Shown one piece after another: positions 7,870 to 17,844 of a stretch of DNA of 59,981 nt (the stretch's first letter is position 1; each line of letters begins with the position of its first letter). The stretch is from the IMG/VR virus record IMGVR_UViG_3300032293_001960, positions 1-59,981 of that record; one strand, given 5' to 3'. This DNA comes from a virus (Duplodnaviria; Caudoviricetes). Position numbers and translations under genes: made by a program. The notes below the pieces were generated by a model that was not told the DNA's origin, did no database searches, and saw nothing but the letters and a program-made list of their open reading frames with translations.

Positions 7870-9807
7870 TCACTTAGCATCCGCCCACGTCAGCCCGTAG
7901 GACACCTCAGCCACGATAGGCACCTTGCTGCAAACCGACTCCCCAGCTCGTTCCATGCAGTCTTTTAAACGCTGCGCCCACTGCTCTTTTACATCCTCTT
8001 GAACTTCTAGCACTATTTCATCGTGGATCATTGCTATCAGTTTAGCTTCTCCCGGTAACTTTACTATTTCTCTCCAGATACTACTGATCGCCTTTTTCGC
8101 AATATCTCCAGCAGTCCCCTGAACCTGTGTGTTTATCCGCGTAGTGTACTTATCATCAAACCCTTTAAGAATCCGCCTCCTCCCCGAGAGCGTTAACACT
8201 GACGCAGTTGTCTTAGAGCCTTCGCGTTGCTGCCACTCGTACAACTGTGGATAAGCTGTTCTAAAACCATCGACAATCTCTTTCGCCTCAGAATCAGACA
8301 TTTCAATCCCATATTCAGCCATCGCCTGTTTCCTTAATGTTGCTGGACCAGCTCCATACAGCAGTCCAAAGTTTGCAATTTTAGCGCTTGTCCGTTGTGC
8401 CTTAGTGATCTTATCGCTTTCCACTCCAGTAATGAGCGTTGCGGTCTCGGTGTGCAAATCCCGGCCTGCTCTGTAGGCATCCAGCATGCGCTGCTCCCCC
8501 GAGAGCTCAGCAGCAACTCGAAGTTCCACCTGAGAAAAGTCCGCAACAACTAGCACACAGCCTTTTGATGCAATGAACTTACTCCTAAATTCTGGACTAC
8601 GATCTACCTGTTGTAGATTCGGCCCCGCGCAACTGAGCCGCCCGGTCTTTGTGCCTGTTTGCCTATAACCAGCATGGATAGCACCATCAGGCCCCGTAGC
8701 TTTAATTAGCTTTTGAATATTGGTAACTTGATTAGCCGCAGATTTCCAAGTAAGGTACTGATCTACAAGTTCGTATTTTGAGCGAATAAATGACAACAAG
8801 TTCTGATCTAAACTAGTCTTGCCCTCGGCATTGGGCGGTAAAATAATACCCGCCTTGGTAAATGCATCAGCCATTTGCTGAGTCGAAGAGGGGTTGAAAC
8901 CCGCGTATAGCTTGGTTCCTAAGCGCAGCGAGCCTGACTCTCTGGCTCTTGTGTTGACACTGCCGTCTGCATTCCTGGGAAGCCAAACATCAGGTTGATT
9001 GGGATGTTTCTGCTTAATATGCTGATCTAAATTCTCTAGAAACGCTTGTTCCAGACCAGTGGCTTTCAACTCCAAAGCAGTTTCCAGTTTCACAGCGCTT
9101 TTTGAATCAAATAGAAACCCGCGATACTGCATCAAGGCTATCGGCCGTAATACTTGCATTTCTAGCTTAAAGATTTCGTATAAGGTACAGTCTTCTTTAA
9201 CCCGAGCCTCCAACAATGCAGTCTCAAGAACAGGCATCAGATGGGGTAAACAAATTGCATCACGCGCAGCATATTGCAGCATTTCTTCAGTGATAGAGCC
9301 GCTCCAATCTGCTTTTTGCAATTCCTTAGGTAAGTCATATTTTAAATACCGCCTAACAATTGAACCTAAATCATTCTTCACTCCAGGGGAGCCATTATTG
9401 ATAATGCCGCTTGCAATCATTGTATCAAATATCATGCCCTTCAATGTAACACTTGACCGTAGTAAAAAGTTCAAATCAAAAGCCGCATTTTGTAAGACCT
9501 TAAATGTCCTGGACTCTAATAACCCTTTAAGAGGACTGAGATAGTCCCAGTCGATCGCACCATATTGATCACGAAAGCCGTGTACATCAACAATCAACGC
9601 CATCTCCTCTGATGCTACCTGAATCAAACGCACGGTATTAACCATGGGATCAAGCCCTGTAGTTTCTGTATCCACCCCTAACATAGGGGCCTGATCTAAT
9701 ACAGAAACGGCATTTGTAAGTTTGTGATGGTCCTGAGGACCTTTCACATACACATAATCAGCTTGATCTAGTACCTGTTGGCGATACAGAGCTTTGTCAG
9801 AAGGCAT
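7870..9807 (-). CDS. polA: DNA polymerase family A with 3'-5' exonuclease
   Basis: GVDTETTG exo I; TGRLS; motif A DFSQVELR; motif B KIANFGLLYG; motif C IHDE. Confidence 0.96.
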   Translation of the reverse strand: MPSDKALYRQQVLDQADYVYVKGPQDHHKLTNAVSVLDQAPMLGVDTETTGLDPMVNTVRLIQVASEEMALIVDVHGFRDQYGAIDWDYLSPLKGLLESRTFKVLQNAAFDLNFLLRSSVTLKGMIFDTMIASGIINNGSPGVKNDLGSIVRRYLKYDLPKELQKADWSGSITEEMLQYAARDAICLPHLMPVLETALLEARVKEDCTLYEIFKLEMQVLRPIALMQYRGFLFDSKSAVKLETALELKATGLEQAFLENLDQHIKQKHPNQPDVWLPRNADGSVNTRARESGSLRLGTKLYAGFNPSSTQQMADAFTKAGIILPPNAEGKTSLDQNLLSFIRSKYELVDQYLTWKSAANQVTNIQKLIKATGPDGAIHAGYRQTGTKTGRLSCAGPNLQQVDRSPEFRSKFIASKGCVLVVADFSQVELRVAAELSGEQRMLDAYRAGRDLHTETATLITGVESDKITKAQRTSAKIANFGLLYGAGPATLRKQAMAEYGIEMSDSEAKEIVDGFRTAYPQLYEWQQREGSKTTASVLTLSGRRRILKGFDDKYTTRINTQVQGTAGDIAKKAISSIWREIVKLPGEAKLIAMIHDEIVLEVQEDVKEQWAQRLKDCMERAGESVCSKVPIVAEVSYGLTWADAK

Positions 9808-9912
9808 TTTGATAAAAACAAGTTAAAATTAAAGTGGAGCCAAAGCGAGCTCCAGCCCGCAGGGAAATAGTTCCCAAGGTTCGCCCCTTAGGAACTAGGG
9901 CTGTTTGTGCGT

Positions 9913-12573
9913 TCAGTCCTCCCAAAGGTCATCGTCCGCATCAAAGATCGGCTCGTACGCGCGCGCGCGTGATATCTGTGTGGGGATGTCCTTTGCTCCT
10001 TCCTCCCTGGGATCGCCCTCGGGGACTGGAAAAAAGGAAAGGACATCAGAACCGGAATCGGTTGCTTGTCCCTTGCTTTTCGGAACTGGTGATTCTTCCA
10101 AAAAGGAAAGGACATCCTCTTCAGGGATGCTGGCGATGTCCTTTCCTTTTTCCTGTTCTTGCAACCGTTCTCGGGGGGCAAGGAGCAAAGGACACTCATA
10201 CATGGACAACGCACGCGCGCGCGAGGGGGGAACCGTATAGGAAGGCACCGGTTTATCGCTCCCGGGGACGATCCGCTTCTTACCCTCCACCAGCACCCCA
10301 GAGGCCACCCAGCGATCCAGCCAGCGCCTTACGGTCTTGATCGAGGGTGTCTTCCTCGCCTGGCCGGTCATCTCCTCTCCCAGGCGCTCCCAGACATCTT
10401 TGGCGGTCAACCTGTCCGGGCCCTCCCCTGACTCCCGAGCACGCTGCACCGCGTCTCTGACGATCCGCAGGGCCATGGTGTGTGGCTCCGGATCTCCCTG
10501 CCCGTTGTCCTCCCTCCTCTCGGTCGGCGTCCAGTCCCACACGGAGTACGCGAAATCAGCGTCCCGCTCCACCACCAGCAGGTCCCCTTCCCGGCCCAGG
10601 CGGCTTTTCTTGATCTGGATCAGCCTGCAGCTAGAGGGCACCAGGCGCCGCTCACGGAGCCTTTCACGTTCATCGTCTGTGGGCTTGCGCAGATGCCACT
10701 GTTCGTCCACTGCAGCCGTGAGATAGCGGGTGCCCCGCGCTTCGCCCGCCGCGTTGTCGTGATGAATCCAGATGATGCTGGTGGCTGGAAATCCATCAGG
10801 AGCTCCGTTCTGTTCGCTGTAGTAGTAAAAAGGCGATGCAAAGGCTTTATCTTTTTCTTCAACCTGCATCTTTGTACTGCAGGAGCCAATGCTGTCTACA
10901 ACCACAAGAGCGGGTCTGTGCTCTTTAATCCATTCACCAAATTCATGTGTATGGTTTAGCTGAAAACCACGCTTGACAATGAACCACTCGGAATCCTTGT
11001 CGAGATCAATACCGTTATCTTCGCAATCCTGTAGTAACTTCGCAGGGCTCTGATCATTTTGGATCCAAAGCACGGGACCCTGTTTCACAGGAAGATCAAT
11101 TCCACGAATCCTCATCGGGCTGCCACGACCTATGGCAGTTGCCAGGCCCATACAGGCTGAAGTCTTCCCGAGGCCGCCAGCAGCGTGCACCATGACTTGT
11201 GTAGGCTTTTGAAGAAGATTAGGAATGACATAATCCATCTTTTCAATATGCCGCCACCAACCAATCTTTACATTTAAGGCTCTTGTAGATTCGTAATACC
11301 TATACTCGTCCATTGCAGCTAGGCACTGTTGACCAGTAAGGCGACGACCTGTTTCTGCTGCTAAGCCGGCCATGCGTCCGATTCGCAAAGCGGGGTTGAG
11401 TTCTTCATCATGAATGCGTATCAAGGCCTCGTGAAACTCCCTTTCGTTCATAACGACGCGGGGAGTATCTACAGATTTTACGACTTGTAATTTAGCATCT
11501 TCAGGGTAGGAGTACCCAATAGCAGACGCTAATTCCGCAACAATAGTCTCTAACTCAGCCCCCCGAGGACGTGGGGCGTGTTTCTTGCCTGACCTTACTT
11601 TATGCATAAAGTCCAATACATCACCATGCACACCACATGCTTTGCAGTCCCAGCATCCAGTATCTGTCGAGTATTGGAAGGATGTACCGCTCTTACCACC
11701 GTGCCAAGGGCAGCCTGACACCATTTGTGGCTTTGCTCCAGAGCGCAGCTTCCAACCGTATTCCGTAAATGTGTGGTCGTTAAAGACCAGTTCTTCTAGT
11801 CGTGGGAGGAGCTTCGCCTGAACTTCAGGGCGAAAAAACCAACCTCTGATTTGTTTCTCTGGGATTAAGGTATCAAGGCCGACATCAGACGCTAGCTCTT
11901 CTAATTCATCAGCACTGAGGAACTGAACAGGTTTTCGATAGGGTCTGACAGCATCTAGTAGCCACCCCGGGGCCGTGGCTGGCATCCCATCATTGTAGCT
12001 AAGCCATTTGTAGATCATCCCATCTGGGTGTCTGGAGCCTGGAAGCACGCTTTGGCAGGCGTTAAAGCGGATGACTAATTCTTGATAGTCACCTTCAGTT
12101 TGTATCTCAGGGACAGTGTCTATCCATTCGTTTTCATCAGAATCGGGATTAAAGCTGTAGTATAGTTTCTTAATAGATTTCATTTCATAGACTAACTGAG
12201 AAGGCATACGATAGACAATCTGTCTTCTTTCAAGTCTTCCAGATGTCCAGCTCATAGTTTTTTCTTGTCCATACGGTTCGTATTCATGTTTTGCTGCTTG
12301 TTTGTATTTGGCATCCGCATCAGGCCCGTCAATATCGACAGCGATCAGACCATCAGAGAGGGAACCAGTAACAACACCAATACCGTTGTACGCTGATTTA
12401 GTCTTATACAGTTGGATTGTCTGTTCTTTCGTGAAAGGCTGCGTCGTCCAGTCTTTGACGTAAGTATCTTTACCTGCTACGGGTATGAAGGCCCAACCAC
12501 TTGGGAAGACGTTGCCTTCGAGTTGACGAATTGCTTTTGCATTTAGAAGTGCCGGCCTGCCTGAAGAGGACAT
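9913..12573 (-). CDS. bifunctional primase-polymerase / Zn finger / AAA-type helicase
   Basis: N-terminal Prim-Pol (IAVDID, SVLPGSRHP); CPWH...CKAC Zn finger; Walker A AAGGLGKT; VVVDS; IHH; C-terminal wHTH-like region. Confidence 0.85.
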   Translation of the reverse strand: MSSSGRPALLNAKAIRQLEGNVFPSGWAFIPVAGKDTYVKDWTTQPFTKEQTIQLYKTKSAYNGIGVVTGSLSDGLIAVDIDGPDADAKYKQAAKHEYEPYGQEKTMSWTSGRLERRQIVYRMPSQLVYEMKSIKKLYYSFNPDSDENEWIDTVPEIQTEGDYQELVIRFNACQSVLPGSRHPDGMIYKWLSYNDGMPATAPGWLLDAVRPYRKPVQFLSADELEELASDVGLDTLIPEKQIRGWFFRPEVQAKLLPRLEELVFNDHTFTEYGWKLRSGAKPQMVSGCPWHGGKSGTSFQYSTDTGCWDCKACGVHGDVLDFMHKVRSGKKHAPRPRGAELETIVAELASAIGYSYPEDAKLQVVKSVDTPRVVMNEREFHEALIRIHDEELNPALRIGRMAGLAAETGRRLTGQQCLAAMDEYRYYESTRALNVKIGWWRHIEKMDYVIPNLLQKPTQVMVHAAGGLGKTSACMGLATAIGRGSPMRIRGIDLPVKQGPVLWIQNDQSPAKLLQDCEDNGIDLDKDSEWFIVKRGFQLNHTHEFGEWIKEHRPALVVVDSIGSCSTKMQVEEKDKAFASPFYYYSEQNGAPDGFPATSIIWIHHDNAAGEARGTRYLTAAVDEQWHLRKPTDDERERLRERRLVPSSCRLIQIKKSRLGREGDLLVVERDADFAYSVWDWTPTERREDNGQGDPEPHTMALRIVRDAVQRARESGEGPDRLTAKDVWERLGEEMTGQARKTPSIKTVRRWLDRWVASGVLVEGKKRIVPGSDKPVPSYTVPPSRARALSMYECPLLLAPRERLQEQEKGKDIASIPEEDVLSFLEESPVPKSKGQATDSGSDVLSFFPVPEGDPREEGAKDIPTQISRARAYEPIFDADDDLWED
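9958..10223. repeat. ~265-bp imperfect palindrome with AAAGGACATC-type repeats; candidate replication origin
   Basis: four nested inverted pairs all centred at ~10091. Confidence 0.75.
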
Positions 12574-12661
12574 GGTTTCGATTTTTGTTCAGAATTGATG
12601 AGGTCATCATACCACCTACTTAGAAAACAGTGCAATATTCACACAAAAATGCGAATTTTGG

Positions 12662-13465
12662 GTGGTTAGCAGTCTTTTCGGTTGCTTTCCAGCACTAAGC
12701 GGTGCTTTAATCTGTTTAGGGGACATCCCATTGGTTATTATCGTTGTTATGTCGCGTCGTATTCCCAAACACTCTTCCGAAGAATCTGCTCAGTACGGTC
12801 AAGGTGTGCGTAATTTTTCGGTGCTCTTCACCCGATGGATGGACACTAACGAGTGGTCTCATCCTGTGATGACCGTTCTAGCCAAGGGAGCGTTAAACGG
12901 TACTGCATGGCTTCACAGCAGTCAAATTAGTGGCTTAAGACATGGTGAGCTCTACAGTCCAGGCCCCCGCACGTTTGTTGCTATTGAGCGCTTAAACTAT
13001 TATGTTTTCAGATACATAACAGAGAAAAAGTTAATTCCAGGCACCACAAGTAGCAGTAACTATTCCAAGGCTTTCGCTATTGTTGAAGATAATAGCCCCC
13101 CTCCTTTGGGCTGGTGGGTAGAAGTGTTTTGCGGCGTTCGCACCCCGAAAGATATTGATCTGAAAATGAATTTCTTCTCAGACACTCAAGCCAGAGAGCT
13201 ATCTTTGTCGTGGGCATCTTTAATTCGCGGACTTATGATTGCAGCTAAGATTGATATTATTACGGATTTAGAAACTACAATAAGAGAGTATTATCCAGCT
13301 AATGACCATGCTCGTGTTGCAAAAATACTTGAAGTGATTAGAAACAAATCTACCTGGGAACCCATGGAGCTGACTGTAGAGTTGCCCGCAATCGCGGCTT
13401 TTACGGCAGCTCTAGGCGGCCCCGAGAGCGAGAAGCTACTTTTATCAACCTTGCAAAACCGCTAA
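12662..13465 (+). CDS. hypothetical protein, possible repressor-like DNA-binding protein (true start perhaps MSRRIP)
   Basis: divergent from replication genes; HTH-like LHSSQISGLRHG. Confidence 0.5.
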   Translation: MVSSLFGCFPALSGALICLGDIPLVIIVVMSRRIPKHSSEESAQYGQGVRNFSVLFTRWMDTNEWSHPVMTVLAKGALNGTAWLHSSQISGLRHGELYSPGPRTFVAIERLNYYVFRYITEKKLIPGTTSSSNYSKAFAIVEDNSPPPLGWWVEVFCGVRTPKDIDLKMNFFSDTQARELSLSWASLIRGLMIAAKIDIITDLETTIREYYPANDHARVAKILEVIRNKSTWEPMELTVELPAIAAFTAALGGPESEKLLLSTLQNR

Positions 13466-13503
13466 TAAGCTGTAATATAAACCAGTTTTAGGCTACTACT
13501 TCC

Positions 13504-13782
13504 GTGCCCCTCACAGCTTGTTTGTACTTACCTATCACAGGTTTTGCTAACTTATCCGCTTGTTATGAAATTGATTGTTACGACGACGGCACGGATTTAA
13601 CTTACCGTGTTGTGTGTTTTGACAAAGGAGCTGTTTTATCGCTTATTGACCAAACAAAGAAATGGTTGGAAGACCCACTAGTGCATGAACAGGCGTTGCT
13701 TCCTTGCTATTTCATATCAGGAATGGCACGCCCTCATATGCCCAATATTTATACAGATAATCTCCTTGCGTGCGTAAAGTGA
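13504..13782 (+). CDS. hypothetical protein
   Basis: 92-aa ORF. Confidence 0.4.
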   Translation: MPLTACLYLPITGFANLSACYEIDCYDDGTDLTYRVVCFDKGAVLSLIDQTKKWLEDPLVHEQALLPCYFISGMARPHMPNIYTDNLLACVK

Positions 13783-13792
13783 CCAGGACTGG

Positions 13793-13821
13793 TTGACAAA
13801 CCCACCAGAACCGGCTACTCT
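13793..13821 (+). promoter_or_regulatory. sigma70-type promoter
   Basis: TTGACA-17 nt-TACTCT upstream of the SSB-like gene. Confidence 0.65.
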
Positions 13822-13878
13822 TTGTTCAGGTTGATCCTTGATCGCCCTAAACCCACCTACTTTCTTTGCAACTTTCCC

Positions 13879-14424
13879 ATGGCACTTGCATTTCTCGACG
13901 AAGAGGTTATTGAAGGCCTATCAAAAGAGCTTCAATCTGGACGATACTTAAACCTCAGCAAAATCAACGGCGAAAAGAAAGTCCGCTTTTTTGGTCAGGG
14001 CTTGACCGGTTGGGAAGCCTGGACAGACGACAAAACGCCTATTCGCTGGGAGACCAAACCAAGTGAGTACCCCGCAAACATCAAAAGAGGTGATGATAAC
14101 TCTGTAGATCTCAAGCGTTTTGTTGCTGGTATTGTTTACGACTATGAAGATGATCAGTTCAAAATCATGAATATTAACAAACCTTCTGTACTCACAGAGT
14201 TTTTTAAATACTGCAAGACCCCCGAGTACGGCGATCCTCAAGGATACGACATCAAGTTTGGGAAAACAGGCAGCGGCATGGATACTAAGTACACCACCCT
14301 GGCTCTGCCACCTAAATCGGTTCCTGACCTTCTTATTGCTCGATTTAAGGAGGAATGCAGCGGCTGGTGTTTGGCCGCAATCTTTGACGGCGATGACCCC
14401 TTTGGTGGAACCAGCGCGGCCTAA
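13879..14424 (+). CDS. putative ssDNA-binding protein (phage gp32-like)
   Basis: YGDPQGYDIKFGKTGSGMDTKY motif, acidic C-terminal DGDDPF; replication context. Confidence 0.6.
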   Translation: MALAFLDEEVIEGLSKELQSGRYLNLSKINGEKKVRFFGQGLTGWEAWTDDKTPIRWETKPSEYPANIKRGDDNSVDLKRFVAGIVYDYEDDQFKIMNINKPSVLTEFFKYCKTPEYGDPQGYDIKFGKTGSGMDTKYTTLALPPKSVPDLLIARFKEECSGWCLAAIFDGDDPFGGTSAA

Positions 14425-14446
14425 TTTGTCAGCCTGATCTTCACAC

Positions 14447-14476
14447 GGGCTGGCTTACCGGTCAGCCCTTTATTTT
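14447..14476 (+). terminator. intrinsic terminator
   Basis: GGGCTGGC-TTACCG-GTCAGCCC followed by TTTATTTT. Confidence 0.6.
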
Positions 14477-14485
14477 AAAACAGCT

Positions 14486-14770
14486 ATGCACAGCACACCA
14501 CTAATTCGCATTTACACTCGAAACATCGAGCATTTAGCTTTCAAACGCGGTTGGGATTCTACGCGCCTAGCTGATGAATTAGGCATTTCGCCTAATACGT
14601 TTCGTCGTCTTTTCCGCTCTGGGGTAAGTCGTTACATCTGCACAGACTTGTTTCAGACTGCCTTAACCATTTTTGATTGTACGCCAAACGATTTGCTTTT
14701 ACCACAAGATGGCATCGAGTACATTGTTGACCAACCGGATCACCGCGTTACCGCGCTGGGAGATTCCTAG
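14486..14770 (+). CDS. XRE/Cro-family HTH protein
   Basis: LADELGISPNTFRRL...IFDCTPNDLL. Confidence 0.75.
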   Translation: MHSTPLIRIYTRNIEHLAFKRGWDSTRLADELGISPNTFRRLFRSGVSRYICTDLFQTALTIFDCTPNDLLLPQDGIEYIVDQPDHRVTALGDS

Positions 14771-15407
14771 TCACACAGCCCCTAATGGCGAGCGCACTTA
14801 TGAAACCCCCCTTGGGATTGGTAGTAGCGTTACGACTATTTTAAGCGGATCTCGTGACAACACCGAGATCGAACTTTGGCGCGAGTCTGTCGGTATTGAA
14901 AAAGCCGATGCTATTCGTGATTTTGCCGCCGCGAGAGGCACTACACATCATGCTTTAATCGAGCGATTTCTTACAGACCAAACTGAACCCGAGTTTGATT
15001 ATGTACAAACTCCATATTGGTGTTCAACTCGTGCATTTCTAGGAACGATTCAACGCAGTTTAGTTCTTGAAGGCGCTATATGGCATCCTGAAGGTTTTGC
15101 TGGATCGTTTGATTGGCTCGGTTATTTAGAAGACGATGAGTTGCAGCCTACGTTATGTGATTGGAAAACAGCTGATACCCCTCGTAATCCAAGAAAGATG
15201 TATGAGTACAGCTTACAAGCTGCTGCTTATGTTGCCGGTGCGAACTATGTATACAACGGCCTGGGCTTAGACATCCAACGAGCCAAGATAGTGGTCGCAC
15301 TACCCGACCAGTCTCCACAGATTGAAACCTTAGATAAGTCGTCGTTAGACCAGCTATTCCAACACTTTCTTGCTCGTTTACAACGTTACACCTTCTCCAA
15401 AAAATGA
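14673..15407 (+). CDS. PD-(D/E)XK exonuclease (Cas4/lambda-exo-like); start uncertain
   Basis: SVTTILS, RGTTHH, FAGSFD, DWKT, YSLQAAAY motifs. Confidence 0.8.
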   Translation: MIVRQTICFYHKMASSTLLTNRITALPRWEIPSHTAPNGERTYETPLGIGSSVTTILSGSRDNTEIELWRESVGIEKADAIRDFAAARGTTHHALIERFLTDQTEPEFDYVQTPYWCSTRAFLGTIQRSLVLEGAIWHPEGFAGSFDWLGYLEDDELQPTLCDWKTADTPRNPRKMYEYSLQAAAYVAGANYVYNGLGLDIQRAKIVVALPDQSPQIETLDKSSLDQLFQHFLARLQRYTFSKK

Positions 15408-15640
15408 TTCATCTTCACTGGTCTATTTTAATTATTCTTCTTTACTGCTTTTTCGTAGTGGGCTACTTCTTTGCTTTGCCTACCCTGCGAGTACGCAAGC
15501 GGGTGAGGAGTGTCGGAAAGCCGAGGGTCCAGCCATCAATTAGCAGCGGCATTCAATTTAATTCCCGCCGTAGCTCCCGCCCGCTCCGTCGAGTTGAGTC
15601 GAGGCGTGTAGTTTCGGCACAAGCGGTCAAAGAACAGTGA
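15404..15640 (+). CDS. small membrane protein
   Basis: N-terminal hydrophobic helix, basic tail; ATGA overlap. Confidence 0.5.
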   Translation: MIHLHWSILIILLYCFFVVGYFFALPTLRVRKRVRSVGKPRVQPSISSGIQFNSRRSSRPLRRVESRRVVSAQAVKEQ

Positions 15641-15685
15641 AGCAATGCCCCTCCCTCATCAACTGCGCACCAACCTGTAGGTTTT

Positions 15686-15964
15686 ATGACTGACCTAAAC
15701 ATAACATTAGCTGAACGTGGCAGTCGTTATGGCGACTTTATGGGTCACTCAATGGTCACACAAGACTTAAAGGGCATTATTCTCAGCCACCTTGAACAGC
15801 GTAGTAAGTCGCTTGCGCCTGATCAGCAAGAAGCCCTTGACATGATCTTCCACAAAATCGGAAGGATCATCAATGGCGACCCTGACTACGCTGATTCGTG
15901 GGTTGATATAGCGGGCTACGCGCAGCTGGTGGCCAATAGGCTGAACAGGGAGGGTGTGCAATAA
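15686..15964 (+). CDS. DUF6378-like phage protein
   Basis: LAERGSRYGDF...HKIGRIINGDPDYADSWVDIAGYA. Confidence 0.8.
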   Translation: MTDLNITLAERGSRYGDFMGHSMVTQDLKGIILSHLEQRSKSLAPDQQEALDMIFHKIGRIINGDPDYADSWVDIAGYAQLVANRLNREGVQ

Positions 15965-16207
15965 ATGGCCCCTACCCCTATTTTGTTATGCTTACTGTTG
16001 CTGACAGGCTGTGCATATCCGCATCATCATCAGCGTACTGCACAGCCGCTGAAATCAGCATCTATTTCACCCTCCACACCAACTAATGATCCGATGATCA
16101 CTGTCGTTCCTATCGACGTCCCTGCCCCTCTGGGGCTCCTAGGTGTTACTGCAATGTTTACCACAGCCCGTAGGTTGCGGAAGCGCATTAGGGAGGGAAG
16201 TGACTAA
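15965..16207 (+). CDS. small lipoprotein with a PEP-CTERM-like C-terminal sorting signal
   Basis: lipobox LLLTGC; C-terminal VPAPLGLLGVTAMFTTARRLRKRI. Confidence 0.6.
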   Translation: MAPTPILLCLLLLTGCAYPHHHQRTAQPLKSASISPSTPTNDPMITVVPIDVPAPLGLLGVTAMFTTARRLRKRIREGSD

Positions 16208-16332
16208 CCCCCAAAGCAGTAGAATTATGGCCATAGCCGTATCACTACTCCTTACGGCGGCTCTGTATTTTCTTCTAACTACCTTCTCAACAAAGAGAAG
16301 GTGATTTCACCCTTATTCTTTTTTCAGAACCC

Positions 16333-16662
16333 ATGTACTTTTCAAACAACACCTTTGACATTGTCAGGGCCTGGTTTCAGGATTCATCCGTCATCCAGCT
16401 AAAAGCTGATCCAGAATTGTTGGCAGTAGCCCTGGAGGCATTTGCAATGCATGTCCAGGTTGCCCCAGAAACTGCTAACGAACCCCCTACTAACAAGTTT
16501 CTTAGGCACGGGCAGATTGCGATGCGCGATACGGCACGGCAGATCGCGGCTGAAATCCGTCGTCAACCCGCATCTCCATTTGCTAGCGGCATGTCACTAG
16601 ATCCAGGGGATTTATCTACTTTAGATTCTTTTCAGGAAGCGGAGGCGGTGAGCCAGAACTAA
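16333..16662 (+). CDS. hypothetical protein
   Basis: 109-aa ORF. Confidence 0.55.
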   Translation: MYFSNNTFDIVRAWFQDSSVIQLKADPELLAVALEAFAMHVQVAPETANEPPTNKFLRHGQIAMRDTARQIAAEIRRQPASPFASGMSLDPGDLSTLDSFQEAEAVSQN

Positions 16663-16813
16663 TTACCATCGCAGCCGAGCTGTAGGGCGTTCAGTGAACA
16701 ACTATCAGGTAACACTGGTGTTTGCTGTCGCCCTTTTGGCTTCAGAACTAATGCTCACTTCAGTGGCCGCATAGCCCCGTCAACCTGCGTCCGGAGCCTG
16801 CTCCGTTGATTTT

Positions 16814-17572
16814 ATGTCTCACACCCCCGTAAAAGCCGGGACCTGGATCTGCGATCACGGCGACATCCGTGTCTCGCCTGACGGTCAGCCCAGCGTCTTC
16901 GACATGATCCGCGTGCTGGGCGGGCAGAAGAAGCCCACAATGGTGTGGCTGCGTCTGAAGGAGTCCCATCCTGAGGTTGCCACAAAATGTGGTTACCTCC
17001 AGTTTCCCGGTTCGGGCCAGCGCGAGACGCCAGTTGCCAAGACCAAGGAGGATGCCTACTACATCCTTGGATTGTTGCCTGGAGCAGTCGGCAAACAATA
17101 TAGAGAAGAAGCGGCTAAGTTATTTGTAACTTTCCTAGATGCACCAGAAAAAGCTATTTACTTAGCGGCAGATAGGTTATCCCAAGATGAACTGAAGCGC
17201 GTCGAAGCTAGGCTAAGAGGTAAACGCACACGTAAATTTTTCACCGATGTGCTTCAGCAGCACGGCGTGCAGCAGCACGGCTTTGGACAATGCACAAACG
17301 CTGTCTACATCCCGCTTTTCGGGCGAACCGCGGACATGTTAAAAACAGAGATAGCGCAAGAACGTAATATCCAACGTGCAAAAGTCAATCCACGAGACTA
17401 CTTTGATATTGAAGAATTAACGTATGTAGAAACCGCCGAGCGCGTTGCAGCTGGTCAGTTGCGTCGAAAAAATGTGTACGGAAATTATTCAGTAGTACGC
17501 GAGGTAAGAAATTCTACTGAATATACGAAAAAACTACTTAACGGCGAGATCGATATTCCGACAGTACATTAA
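16814..17572 (+). CDS. antirepressor-like (KilA/BRO-like) DNA-binding protein
   Basis: SVFDMIRVLGG...FPGSGQRETPVA N-domain; C-terminal RKFFTDVL...TNAVY domain. Confidence 0.6.
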   Translation: MSHTPVKAGTWICDHGDIRVSPDGQPSVFDMIRVLGGQKKPTMVWLRLKESHPEVATKCGYLQFPGSGQRETPVAKTKEDAYYILGLLPGAVGKQYREEAAKLFVTFLDAPEKAIYLAADRLSQDELKRVEARLRGKRTRKFFTDVLQQHGVQQHGFGQCTNAVYIPLFGRTADMLKTEIAQERNIQRAKVNPRDYFDIEELTYVETAERVAAGQLRRKNVYGNYSVVREVRNSTEYTKKLLNGEIDIPTVH

Positions 17573-17844
17573 AGTATTCTTGTGGCTTCTGCCTTTGCGG
17601 TCCAGGGCACCAGCACCAGAGAACCTCCCTCCGGATCCAACACCCAGGAAAGCTCTACTGCAACCCTGACTCCACCGAGTTGCGATCTTGTATGAACACC
17701 CCCTCGAATCTCCGCCTGCTCCCAGCGCATTCGTCCCCCCGAGTACGAATCTCCATGCAGCAGGACATCCCAGCCGGGTGGCATAGCGCGTAAGTATCTT
17801 GTATCCGTACAATCGCCTAACCGCAAACGGTTGCCAAGGCGCTT

